Shown piece after piece: positions 39,345 to 52,516 of a DNA stretch of 64,000 nt. This DNA is from Octopus vulgaris (taxonomy: Eukaryota), in NCBI GenBank assembly GCA_951406725.2, contig OX597833.1, positions 54,436,001-54,500,000 on the forward strand, written 5' to 3'. Every line of letters begins with the position of its first letter. Positions within the stretch are counted from its first letter, which is position 1. The notes under the pieces are model-generated. The model saw only the letters and a list, made by a program, of their open reading frames with translations, was not told the DNA's origin and made no database searches. Made by a program: the position numbers and the translations under genes.

Positions 39345-41149
39345 CTTTTAAATAATGAGGAAGATAAATTGAATATTAATTGCCCGCATTTTCGTTCTGG
39401 TGTCCGATGAACATTCTCTAGAGAACATTCTTTTCTTTGTAGTTTGATCATAGGTGATCTACTTCTAGCATACGGCTGACCACATAGTGGCTTGCCCTCC
39501 AAATATACATATATATATATGTATATATAATTTTAATATAATTTTTTAACAAGGCAGCAAGCTGGCAGAAACATTAGCACACTGGGCGAAATGCTTAGCA
39601 GTATTTCGTCTGTCTTTACATTCTGAGTTCAAACTCCGCTGAGGTCGACTTTGCCTTTCATTCTTTTTGGGGTCGATAAAATCAGCACCAGTTACATACT
39701 GAGGTCGATATAATCAACTGCCCCCCCCCTCCGCCAAAATTTCGGGCCTTGTGCCTAGAGTAGAAAAGAACATAATTCTTTAATTTCTTGCAATATGCTG
39801 TCTGCTTCATATCAGATTTACCATGCTCTTAACACTATGTAGTTAAGTTAATTCCTCTAATGTCCAACATACCAAATGATTTGGCCACATTTGATGTTTT
39901 CACAGGAATCGACATTTGGTATGTATAAACAAATTATAAATCAGCAACTAAGATAATTAATATTAACAGCTTTAAGGAAATAGACTCATTTAATGCTAAT
40001 TTGTGATCAGAAGAGACTATCTAATTTACTGATGTGATTCAAGCCTCATGCTTATAACTATATACTTAAATTCATTACATACACATCCACACACTCGTAT
40101 GCATGCATGCACACACGTATATATAGCTAAGTATCGTTTAGTGTTAACAGTTGGAAGAAATAGTATGTGATATCATGGTAGAGATTAATAAAATTTTTAC
40201 TTTGGTTGATGTCTTCTTCTTCTTCTTCTTCTTCTTCTTCTTCTTTTTCTTCTTCTTCTTCTTCTTCGTCTTCTTCTTCTTCCAATCAGGAATCATGCCA
40301 TTAGCCACAAAGAATAATTTCTAATTCGAGCCTACTCTAAGCTACTAAGAATGCGTGTGGCAACTTGAAGATCCACCCACCACACACGATGATAGACTGG
40401 CGGTTGCATGGGCATGAAAGCTACATTGTTATCCTCATTCCATAAACGGTGGCTTTTTAACAGGTGGAGAGCTGAACCATCCTGGGGTACAGAGGATTCG
40501 CAATCTAGACTAGGGTTTGAAAGTTTACCGCACCATAGTGGATTACACCATGGTTCCTCTGCTTTGTGGAAGAAGTAGGAAGAAAGAGTGAGAGAAAATT
40601 GTGGTAAAAGAGTACAGTGGGGTTCACCCTCCACCCCACCGGATCCTCGTAGAGCTTGGGTGCTTTTGCTCAATAAACACTCACAATGCCTGGTCTGGGA
40701 ATCGAAACCGCATTCTTACGACTGCGAGTCCGCTACCCTAACCACTGGGCCACTGTGTCTCCACTCGGTTGATGTAGTCTCTTTCTGCTATGAGTTTCAT
40801 CTAAAGGTGCTCAGGGTTTTCAGGCCCTCAGGCAAAACCCTATCCATCCACAGGTAAAACTGAATAGAGAGGAACTGACTCAACCAAAGCAGAAATATTT
40901 TATTATATTACATACATGAGGTTTGATCAATAAGTATCCGGACTGTTGCCATAGTACCGAAGCTAAAGCATGCAGTCCTCTGGTTCACCAGCTCCTACCA
41001 AACAATCTGACCCATGTCAGCGGAGAAAATGGGTGGTGAGGTTGATGATGAGGATGATGATGATCATCATCATCTTTTATCTATCTGCCTATCTATATAT
41101 GTATGTATGTACGGATCGATGGATGGATGTATGTATGTATCTATGTATG

Positions 41150-41199
<50 letters not shown>

Positions 41200-41310
41200 C
41201 ATTCATGCATATATATATATTAGATATAGATATAGACATCAACATAGATATAGATAAAGACATATATAAATGTTTATATACAAATATACATGCATACATA
41301 TATATATATA

Positions 41311-41361
<51 letters not shown>

Positions 41362-42641
41362 ACACACACACACATATATATATGCATAGTTATATTTAAA
41401 TATATGTAAATAAATATATATATATAAATTTATATAAATATATATGTGTGTGTGAGTATACATATACACACACACACACACACATATTTTGGCATCCTCC
41501 AGGAAATAAAGAACGCAGCAGGTGGACCAATTTATTCAATGAAAAACCATCATAATTGTGCATAAATCTATTATCTGAAGTACAACATAATGTGTATCTT
41601 ATTTGCAACAGACACAAACATTTCCTTTTTTTTCATACTTTATAAAATATTACTCATGTGCGAATGTAAAAGGAAGCTCTGCAAAAGGAAATAACATTAT
41701 ACAATTCCAGACATAACAACGAGGTCGTTATATTCTTAATATATCATCATTCATTTTGTTTGTTTGACATCTGTTTTTGCATGCTAGTATAGAGTTAAAC
41801 AAGGAGTTATTTCAAGCAGAATTAGCACAACCGAATGCTCTACCTGTCACCAACACTCTACATGTAAGAGTATTTTTGGGGTTTTTTTTTTTTAGTGCAT
41901 AGGAATTTGAATGCACAGAGCTGGAGGAGAATTTGTTGAAGAGAAATATCAACAAACGTCACCAGTTTGTAGCCCTTGTACAAATGTTGACATTTGTAAC
42001 TGTAACTCAGTGCACCCCTTGCAAACATTCCCACAGACAATATGCATATGAATATGTATGCATAAGCATGCACACTCATACACAAACACATATATACATA
42101 CATACATACATACATACATACATACATGCATACATAAATCGAAATCGAAATCAAATTCAATGACTGGCATCCGTGCTGGTGGAGCGCTAAGAGTACCATA
42201 CAAGTGTGATCTTTGCCAGAGCAACAAGCTGGCCTCCGTGCTGATGGCACGTAAAAAACACCATTCAAGCATGATCGTTACCTGCATCACCTTACTAGCA
42301 CTTGTGCTGGTGGCATGTGAAAAAACATTTGAGCAAGGTTGTTGCCAGTGCCGCTGGACTGGCACCTGTGCAGGTGGCACATAAAAAGCACCATTTGAGC
42401 GTAGCCATTGCTAGTACCTCTTGACTGGCCCTCATGCCAGTGGCATGTAAAAGCATCCACTACACTCTCGGAATGGTTGGCTTTAGGAAGAGCATCCAGC
42501 TGTAGAAACACTGCCAGATCAGATTGGAGTCTGGTGCAGCCATCTGGCTCGCTAGACCTCAGTCAAATCGTCCAACCCATGCTAGCATGGAAAGCAGACA
42601 TTAAACGATGATGATGATGATACATACATACATATGTATGT

Positions 42642-43193
42642 ATCCAACGAAGCTACACGAAGAAGATATCCTCTGTGCAGCATATAAGCTACTGGGAAAG
42701 ACTCAAGAGATTGAGACTCTATTCCTTAGAGCGTAGGCGAGAAAGATATGCCATAATATACATCTGGAAGATCCTAGAAGGACTTGTCCCAAACTTTGGC
42801 ATCGAGAGTTACACAAATACCAGAACTGGGCGCCACTGCATAGTGCCAAGGACTCCAAATTTGCCATCAAGATATAGGACAAGATACTGTGATAGCCTGG
42901 GCTTCAGAGGCCCACAGCTCTTCAATATCCTCCCGAAGAACCTGAGAGACCTGCATGGGGTGGATGCAGATGTCTTTAAAATCAAACTGGATCTCTTCTT
43001 GTCAGGTGTCCCAGATGAACCAACTTCACGGCAGGAGGTGCAGATGAAGGCAGCTGCATCAAACTCTCTCATGCACCAAATGGCAATTGCTAAAAAGCAT
43101 TCGTGAAGTAAAATCATGTAGCAACACCAAATGGCGGTGCCCCAGCATGGCCACAGCTCGTGAGCTGAAACTAGATAAAGAAAGATAAAGATA
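42642..43193 (+). mobile_element. CR1-group LINE 3' end
   Basis: IQRSYTKKI..SYWERLKRLRLYSLERRRERY..FNILP..FKIKLDLFL. Short 3' UTR followed by a (GATAAA)-type tail. Confidence 0.85.
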
Positions 43194-43226
43194 ATACATA
43201 CATACATACATACATACATACATACA

Positions 43227-43260
<34 letters not shown>

Positions 43261-43361
43261 CATCTAATTATCAAAGTGGAAAAATTATCAGAAAAGCAAT
43301 TTCTAATAATTTTTTTTCAAATATATGATGTACCAAAGAGTTTCTATTTCTTGTTCTACTA

Positions 43362-43590
43362 TCAGGTTATCCCATAAGTTTTGTCCGATTTTACCTCTTT
43401 TCAAATTGAATGAAATTTAATAGTATTTTAGAATGTCTAATGGAATTAGAAATTATTTTTTTGCATTTGTATACATTTAAACTAATTAAATATTATTTTA
43501 CAGAATAATAGAATTAAAATTTCTCTGATTAAAAGCCTTTCTAACATGGAAGTAACCAAAGAGCATTTAAGGCACATAATTTTTTATGAG
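43362..43590 (+). mobile_element. mariner left end
   Basis: TA|TCAGGTTATCCCATAAGTTTTGTCCGA TIR and a transposase start MEVTKEHLRHIIFYE. Confidence 0.75.
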
Positions 43591-43706
43591 AAGACACTTG
43601 CTCAAGGTACCACACAGTGGGAATGAACCTGAAACCATGTGGTTGGCAAGCAAGCTACTTACCACACAGGCACACCTGCGCCTATATATATATATATATA
43701 CACATT

Positions 43707-44160
43707 CTAGCTGACGTACCCAGTAATTTCTGGGAAAGCAGGGCTTATCCCTTGGTTCCATTCTCATAATTGTTTTGATAATCCAGTAACAACAGCACAA
43801 ATTATGTAGCCCTTAAAGCGGTTTTTGTGCATTTATTGAGAATACCGAACTGTCTTACACAGGATCTTGTTTTTAAGAATTCCCAATAAGTTATGAACAC
43901 CCAAATTGTGAAGTCAGTTATGTAATAACATGAAATTAATTACCTGATTTTAAGAATTCAAATAAAATGCAAGTGCTATGGGTTATTTCCCTTGAGTCTT
44001 TAAAAATATATTATACCGGTGTTATGCGTTATTTCCCTTGACTGTTTAAAAAATAAATAGTTATATGAGGTAAATATAAAGATCCCTTCCAGGGGCTGTA
44101 TTATCGATTTTTTTCAACAATCTAAGTACGCCATGGAGTTTCCAGACATGCGTTCTATTC
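43707..44160 (-). mobile_element. Non-autonomous Helitron-like fragment
   Basis: Minus-strand 3' end CCCAG-AAATTA-CTGGG hairpin followed by CTAG. A related body sequence lies at ~59300-59530. Confidence 0.55.
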
Positions 44161-45345
44161 ATGTGTCAATGTGTGTGTAAACGTATGTGTTTGTTTGTAT
44201 GTGTGTTTGTTTGTGTTTGTGTATGTGTGTGTGTGTGTGTATGTGTGTTTGTTTGTGTGTGTATGTGTGTTTGTGTGTGTGTTTGCGTGTGTGTGAGTGT
44301 GTGTGTGTGTGTGTGTTTGTGGATGCATGAATATATGTGTGTTCGTGTGTGTGTATGTGTGCATGTGTATGTGTATGTGTGACACGGCATTTGTGTTACT
44401 CCCCTCCTTAGTGTTTGTTTGTGTGTGTGTGAATGTATGTGCATGTGTGTGACTGTGTGTGTGTGTATGCATGCATGTGTCTGTGTGACATGGCGTTTGT
44501 GTTACCCCACTTCCTGCCACAGTTGGTGTGTTTATGTCCCTGTAACCTAGCAATTCATCAAAAAAAATTAATAGAATTAATAGGAGTGGCTGTGTGGTAA
44601 GTAGCTTGTTTACCAACCACATGGTTCCGGGTTCAGTCCCACTGCATGGCACCTTGAGCAAGTGCCTTCTACTATTGCCTCGGGCCGACCAAAGCCTTGT
44701 GAGTGGATTTGGTAGACGGAAACTGAAAGAAGCCTGTCGTATATATGTATATATATATGTGTGTATGCGTGTGTTTGTGTGTCTGTGTTTGTCCTTCTAG
44801 CATTGCTTGACAACAGATGCTGGTGTGTTTACGTCCCCGTCACTTAGCGGTTCGGCAAAAGAGACCGATAGAATAAGTACTGGGCTTACAAAGAATAAGT
44901 CCCGGGGTCGATTTGCTCGACTAAAGGCGGTGCTGCAGCATGGCCGCAGTCAAATGACTGAAACAAGTAAAAGAGACAAAGAGTAAAGAGAATAAGTTTC
45001 CAAACTTCAAAAAAAATAATAAATACCGAGGGTCAATTTGACCCAGAATAACTGCAGTCCAATGACTGAAACAAGCAAAAGACTAAAGACTAAAGACTAA
45101 AGATTAAAGAGTAAAGATAGTATGTCTTCTTGTGATATCTCCCTGACACATCTTCTTGCCTTTTGATAAATGATTTTTCTAAGTTTATTACATCAGACAT
45201 GTTATATTTTAATTACGTTAGACATTTCAGCTGAATGGCGTTTGCATGTCTTTGATCCATTGATGTAGGGCGATGCATACTCTATTATTGACGAGCTTAT
45301 TGAGACATGTGTGTGTGTTTATATACATACATACATATATATATG

Positions 45346-45412
<67 letters not shown>

Positions 45413-45431
45413 ATATGTATGTATGTATATG

Positions 45432-45467
<36 letters not shown>

Positions 45468-45481
45468 TGTATGTATGTATA

Positions 45482-45514
<33 letters not shown>

Positions 45515-45527
45515 ATATGTATGTATA

Positions 45528-45600
<73 letters not shown>

Positions 45601-45654
45601 ATATGTATATATGTATGTATGTATATATATATGTATACACACACACACATACAC

Positions 45655-45706
<52 letters not shown>

Positions 45707-45772
45707 CAAATATATATATATTTACATTTACACATATACATACAAATATATAGCTACATATACATCTGCATG

Positions 45773-45804
<32 letters not shown>

Positions 45805-48016
45805 CATATATTTATATTTATTTATATATATATATATGCACACACACATAAATCCATACACACACACGCACATACACACACACACTCACACACACATACA
45901 AACATATATATGTGTGTGTGTATATATGCATGTATGTATATGTATACATACGTGTATATGCATATACATACAGATACCTATTTACTTACCAACCTACATA
46001 TACATGTATATATATATACACACACACACATACACAAACACACACACACACACACAGAGTTACCGATGCTATCTTCCAAGGTGCCAGATGTATTTGGCAA
46101 ACTGCATTCACGTTATCTTTATTTTCACATTAGAAGCATTAATATGGTACAGGTGCCAACTTTTATTCAAAGGTGTTTTCCATTAGTCTATTGCCATTCT
46201 CCTCCTGTCTTTTACAAGATGTCACGCTGGCACCATCTACAACAAATTTGTTTAAAAATTTACAAACAAAATTGCTGTTGTCTTGAACTCGGTATAACAA
46301 TGGTAGTTTTGGTTCTGTTGGTTGTATTTATGCATATATTTCAGTTGTTCTTTAAGTGTTCTGGTTTCACTTGCTGGTGCTTGGCCATGCTGGAGTGCTA
46401 TATTCAAAGGTCATCTCCATGTTTTTTTTTTTTGTTTGTTTGTCTGATACTGTTTAATTCTGTGTTTTTTCTTGAACGGATGAAGCATCTTTGCAATTCA
46501 ATGCTTTGGGGTGGCGGGGGTTGACATACTAGTTTGCATTGGTGTACAAATATACACAATTACATGCATTCACACACGTGTGCAGACAGACACACACACA
46601 CATGCACAGACATACACATACATGCATACATACAATGCACATGCTCACACACACATGCACACACACATCACATGCAACCACATACATACACATACGCACA
46701 CATACACACATATACACATGTGCACACATGCACACAATGCACACACACACAACACACACACTACACACACATACAATGCATGCACACACTTACATATACA
46801 CACACATGCACACACATCCATGCACACCACACATCACATGCAACCACACACACAGAAAACATCACATAACAGACACACACACACATTACACATCACATAC
46901 ACATATGCATACACATACAGGCACACTTCTATACATATATATGAGTGGAATTTAGTTGGAAGAATCTAAGTCTAAACAAGAGCACTCAGAGAGCGCAAAC
47001 CTTCACCAAGGCAACACCAATGTCCTCTCAACAATTAGCCAGAGAGGATTTTTAAAATGAGAATATCTGAAGTAGATTCGATTGCTCTCATAAATGAGAA
47101 TGCTAAAAATGAAACCAACCACTCTCAAACATTAATACCAGATCCAATCCTAAAATCTAATCAGTTCATGCCAGTTGTAAGGCCAAACATCCCTGAAAGT
47201 TTCATCCAAATCCATCCAGCAGTTCTTGAGATTTCTTGTCCATGGACAAACTAACAAACAAACAAATGTGACTGAAAACAATACCTCCACCTTAGCAAAG
47301 GCAGAGGTAATAAGAGCTGATATAGATCTCTTCCCAAGAATTATGGGTAAATTATAATTATTAAAAGGCCAAGATAAAACTGAAATGGACCAGTTCACTG
47401 AGAAGATAATACACGGGTACTTGGCACAAAAACACAAACTATAGAAGGGATCAATCATGGAGTACCAACAAGTTTGACATTCTACTTTGAAGGCAACCAC
47501 CATGAAATTCAAGAACAGAAAATCTCCATCAAATACCTTCAGCACAAAAGGCAGTAAACGTTGACAGACAACTAATGTAGGCTGTGTGTGAACAAGACTG
47601 AAGACATCAACTGCATTATTGCCAATTGTGAGAGAATGTCTTCCAGATATTATCTTTCCATGAGGCATGATGCAGTGGCCAGAACAGTCTGGAACAGGAA
47701 AAAACCCCAGAGAAAATACCTGCAGACGAAGCTGACTGATGGGTCCAAAAACTATTGGTGGAACTTAAAAATTAAAACAGCCATCAAGTGAAACACAACT
47801 AGCCCACACAACCAGAAATTGTTGTGTGGGACTACAAGGAAAAGATGTGCTTTGTTGCGGAAATCAGCTGGCCTCTGCATACCAATGTAGTTAAAACAAA
47901 TACAAGAGTAAGAGGACATCTCTGGAGCATTGATAAGGAGTTCTATATTTAAGAGATGAGGAATTAATTACATTATTTACATTTGATGAATATTTCTTCT
48001 CATCTTGTTTGTTGTT

Positions 48017-48062
48017 AACACAACGTTTCGGCTGATATACCCTCCAGCCTTCATCAGGTGTC
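48017..48062 (-). ncRNA. Minimal hammerhead ribozyme (intact-looking, extra A after core)
   Basis: GACAC-CTGATGA-A-GGCTG(GAGGGTATAT)CAGCC-GAAA-CG-TT-GTGTT. Confidence 0.8.
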
Positions 48063-48144
48063 TTGGGGAAATTTCGAACCTGGGTTCTTATTCCTGAGGT
48101 ATATTTTGATGTTGTTGTTATAATAATTATTATTATTATTGTTA

Positions 48145-48210
<66 letters not shown>

Positions 48211-48250
48211 TCACTGCCTGGAATCGAACCCAGTTTCAAAATTTCCCCAA

Positions 48251-48296
48251 GACACCTGATGAAGGCTGGAGGGTATATCAGCCGAAACATTGCGTT
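48251..48296 (+). ncRNA. Mirror hammerhead with stem III and stem I substitutions
   Basis: Same core and stem II as 48017-48062, with ACGT>ACAT. Confidence 0.65.
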
Positions 48297-49447
48297 AACA
48301 ACAAACAAGGTGAGGCCAAATATCCGTCAAATGTAAATAAAGTAAATAATGTACATTGATAAGGAGTTTGCAATTCCAGTACCCAAGATATACTTTCAGT
48401 TTCATACGTATTATAATTGGAACCATGTGGTTGGTAAGCAAGCTACTTACCTATTTCTTTATTACCCACAAGGTGCTAAACATAGAGTGGACAAACTAGG
48501 AAAGACAAAGGGAGACAGACAAAGGGATTAAGTCGATTACATCGACCCCAATGCACAACTGGTACTTAATTTATCGACCCCGAAAGGATGAAAGGCAAAG
48601 TCGACCTCGGCGGAATTTGAACTCAGAACATAACAGCTAAGCATTTCGCCCGACGTGCTAAGAATTCTGCCAGCTCGCTGCCTTTAAGCAAGCTACTTAT
48701 CACACAGCCACTCCTACTGCAAATTTTTTCTACAACTCAATCGATTCTGGTAATCCACTATTTTTGAGAATAAAAAAAATTTAATTATTTTGAAAAAAAA
48801 AATAAAAACATGTTTCTCAATATTACTAAGGAAACGGTTTGACATTGGCAGGAAGCAATCTCCAGCAAATACTTAATAATAGCAAAGTAAGAACACTGTA
48901 AAAATGTGCATTAATTGCAAGTTGTATGGTTAAAGAAAACAATACAATGGTTAGGCATGAACATAGCAGACTGGTTAAGAAGTTTACGTTGTGAACATAG
49001 GGCTTTGGGTTCAATCCCACTGCAAGAGACCTTGGGCAGGAAGTGTTTTTTACTGTTGTGTGGGGTAGGCCTGTGGTGTGTGAGGGAATTTGGTGGTGAG
49101 AAACTGTATAGGAGTCAGTTTCATGTGTGCACGCATGTGTGGCCCAGTGGTTAGGGCAGCGGACTTGCGGTCGGAGGATCGCGGTTTCGATTCCCAGACC
49201 GGGCGTTGTGTGTGTTTATTGAGCGAAAACACCTAAAAAGCTCCACGAGGCTCCGGCAGGGGGTGGTGGTGATCCCTGCTGTACTCTTTCACCACTCTAA
49301 AGGCGGTGCTCCAGCATGGCCGCAGTCAAATGACTGAAACAAGTACAAAAAAAAAAAAAAATACATTACACACATACACACACACATACATACACACACA
49401 GAAATGTCTCTCTGTCTCTGTCTATCTGTATATACGTATGTATGTCA

Positions 49448-49991
49448 CTATTCAGTATATTTCAAGATTTTTTGCCAATAGAGAAATTCACTTTGAATTG
49501 TTACCACCTAATGCAACAATCAATGCTCAAGTCTCTTTTCAGCAATTAGAGTATTTGAACCAACCTTTGAAGAAAAAACGACCCGCTTTAGTGAATCGAA
49601 AAAGGAGTGATGTTTCATCAGGACAATGTGCAACCCCACACTGCAAAGATCACATCACAGAAGATTGAAGAGCTTGGCTGGGAAAAAATTCCTCATCCAC
49701 CTTATTCTCCTTACCTTGCTCCTTCAGACTACCATTTGTTTCGTAGTTTACAGAATCATTTGGGGGAATCATTTCACAAGCCAGGAGTAGGTCAAAACTG
49801 ACATTTCAGAGTTCATCGCTTTTAAACCAAAAGAGTTTTACATTGATGGGATTAAAATGCTTGAAAATAGATGGAAGGAAGTCATAGTTAATCAGGGAAA
49901 GTACACTGATGATTAAATTTCAATTAAATATAACATTCGATCACTTGTTTTCTTTTTTCAAATTTCGGACAGAACTTATGGGATGACCTGA
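49448..49991 (+). mobile_element. mariner (DD34D) right half, pseudogene
   Basis: Same family as 27915-28405: HQDNVQPH..PYSPYLAPSDYHLF, TIR followed by TA. Confidence 0.88.
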
Positions 49992-50639
49992 TATAAAGAG
50001 AGATGGTGGTAGGAAGAGATAAGCAGTGGAGTATTTTGCACATCCAACCTCCTACTCCAGTTTTCAATGAAAACAATGAGCAGGTTTTGATTTGTTGAAA
50101 TGGTCCCAAATTCTTGCTTGAGAATCTCACCCTGATGTTTGAGAGAGGAAAACCAATGAACTCTTCTATCTAAAGTTAACCTGTTCCATTTAAACCCTCC
50201 CTCAGTCGTGTATTTTTTACCAGATGAAACCATGGTTCAGGTTATTGTAAACTTTGTTTTCCTCTTACATAAATTAACACATTAAAACTGTATACTCTTC
50301 CAACAAAGTTGTTGGATCTACATTTTAATGTTTGCATTCCAGAGCATGAGGAAAAAAGTATATACATGCGTGCAAGTGTGCTTGTGTGATGTTTGTATGT
50401 CTGTGTGTGTGAGAGAGAGTGTGTATGAGTGTGTGTGAGTGTATATGTGTATGCGGTGTATACTATGTATAAATGCATACATATATATACATATATATAT
50501 ATATATCTATATATGATTTATATATATATATATATATACATGTATATACATATATGAGTATATATATATAGTATGTGCATATATATATGTTATATTTATA
50601 TATATGCACATATATATATATATGTATATGTGTATATAC

Positions 50640-50674
<35 letters not shown>

Positions 50675-50919
50675 CATATATATATACATATATATGAATA
50701 AATAGACAGAGAGATAGATAGATATCAATATATATATATATATATATGCACACACATATATATATATGTATATGTATGTATAGTGTATGTATATATATAT
50801 ATATACTTATATATGGATAAATAAACAGAGAGATAGATAGATATCAATATATATATGCATATATATACATATATACATATATATATATATATGTATATAT
50901 ATATGTATATATATATATG

Positions 50920-51024
<105 letters not shown>

Positions 51025-52397
51025 ATATATATGTATCTATATATGTATATAAGTATATATATATATGTATGTATGTTTGTATGTGCATATGCACATATGT
51101 ATATGTCTGCATGTTCACACATGCACCTATATAAACCATCAATAAAATTATAGATAATCACGGTTCTGTTAAAGAGACGAACACCAAAACACATACACAA
51201 ACACAAAACACAAACACACTCTCCGGAAGAACAACAGCCAAAAAAAAAAATATATTAAAACAAAAACACAAAAAATAATAAACATCGAAATAAAATAAAA
51301 TAAAATTGTCAGCAGATTCCAATTGTAATAATAGGAAATTAGAGAATCGAGATGGTTCTCTTTGGATTAGACGGGGAAAAGCTCGCAGAGTTGACTCAAT
51401 TTCTTGCAATCAGCTTGGAGATGCGTTCCTTTGCAGAAACTCTGATTCCTCAAAGACACCGTTGTTTTCTCTATAATTAAATTGTGAACCAAGAATGTCA
51501 TTATTTTCTCTCATCTATGATCTGCCACAGAATCGAATAAATACAATAATTTCAGCAGACAAAGCTGCTAGAACATCAATCAAAGACAGCAGTAATTCCA
51601 GGTCTTTGTCTAATTGCAAGATGGCAAGAAACAGTTCTGTCATAGAATTTACTTTATTTTACAGGGTTTTTTTTTTTTGTTGTTCTGAATTTTTTTTTTT
51701 TTTTTTGGCTGGTAAAAATTTCGTTGCAATTTTGTTTTTTAATATATTTTTCATTTTTAGTTCTTCATTCTTTTTTGCTTTGTTTTTTTTTTGTCTGTTT
51801 GTTTGTTTCTTATTTGTTTTTAATATTGAATTATCAAAACAAAATTATCAATTGTTGAGATTTTCGGATTCCCTCTGTCTCTCTGTCTCTCTGTCTCTCT
51901 CTCATCCACTTTCCCACCTTCCCTCCCTCTCATCCTCTTTCCCACCTTCCCTCCCACTCATCCTCTTTTTCACCCATCTCTCTCTCTTTCTCTTTCTCTC
52001 CTTTCCTTTTCTTCTTTCATTCTCTATATTTTTTTTTCCATGTAGACATTGTGTTTCTTTGCATATCTCGGCATGTGAAATGGTGAACTTTCATTTCAAT
52101 ACACAAATAGCATTTCACGTGCACATGCATACCCACTATCACACACAAACAGCAACACACATATAGATATATAAATGCATACAAACCTACATACTTGCAT
52201 ACCTGCATGAATGAAAGCAAAACCAAGTGCACCAATTATTATTGGTATAATTCACCTTTTTACAAATAATAATTGGGTGTTATTTGGCTTTGTGAGTAAA
52301 AGCCTAAGTGACAATCTAGAAAACCTAGAGTTTTCAGAAAAAGAAATCATCCTGTTAGCACATACATCACAAATACAATCTGTAAGTGGAACAGTAA

Positions 52398-52516
52398 AAA
52401 TATGCAAGGCTTTTCTGAAGTTCAAAATGTGACAATCTAGAGCTGCTAGAGTTTTCAGAAAACTCTAGCTTTTCTAGATTGTCACATTTTGAACTTCAGA
52501 AAAGCCTTGCATATTT
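52398..52516. repeat. Near-perfect 58-bp-arm palindrome
   Basis: 44 perfect bp, a 3-nt internal mismatch, 11 more bp, and loop CAG. Confidence 0.92.

Larger units (their letters stand above)
47943..48353. mobile_element. 411-bp fold-back cassette with two divergent hammerheads and a 15-bp TSD
   Basis: TSD CATTGATAAGGAGTT at 47928-47942 and 48354-48368. Arms ~47969-48087 and 48226-48353 around a (TAT)n spacer. Confidence 0.85.
47340..48420 (+). pseudogene. R4/Dong-type non-LTR retrotransposon C-terminus (zinc knuckle and restriction-like endonuclease), decayed and interrupted
   Basis: IHGY..EIQEQ..CRLC..EDINCIIANC..RHDAVAR..WWN..PEIVVWD..CFVAEIS, resuming after 48368. Confidence 0.75.

Noticed and set aside
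40332-40673. 113-aa minus-strand ORF
   Set aside because: It starts within a SINE-C, has no recognisable motif, and is followed by a (GAA)n tract suggesting a retroposon end.
51495-52166. 223-aa Phe-rich ORF resembling a membrane protein
   Set aside because: It is driven by poly-T and CT low-complexity tracts.
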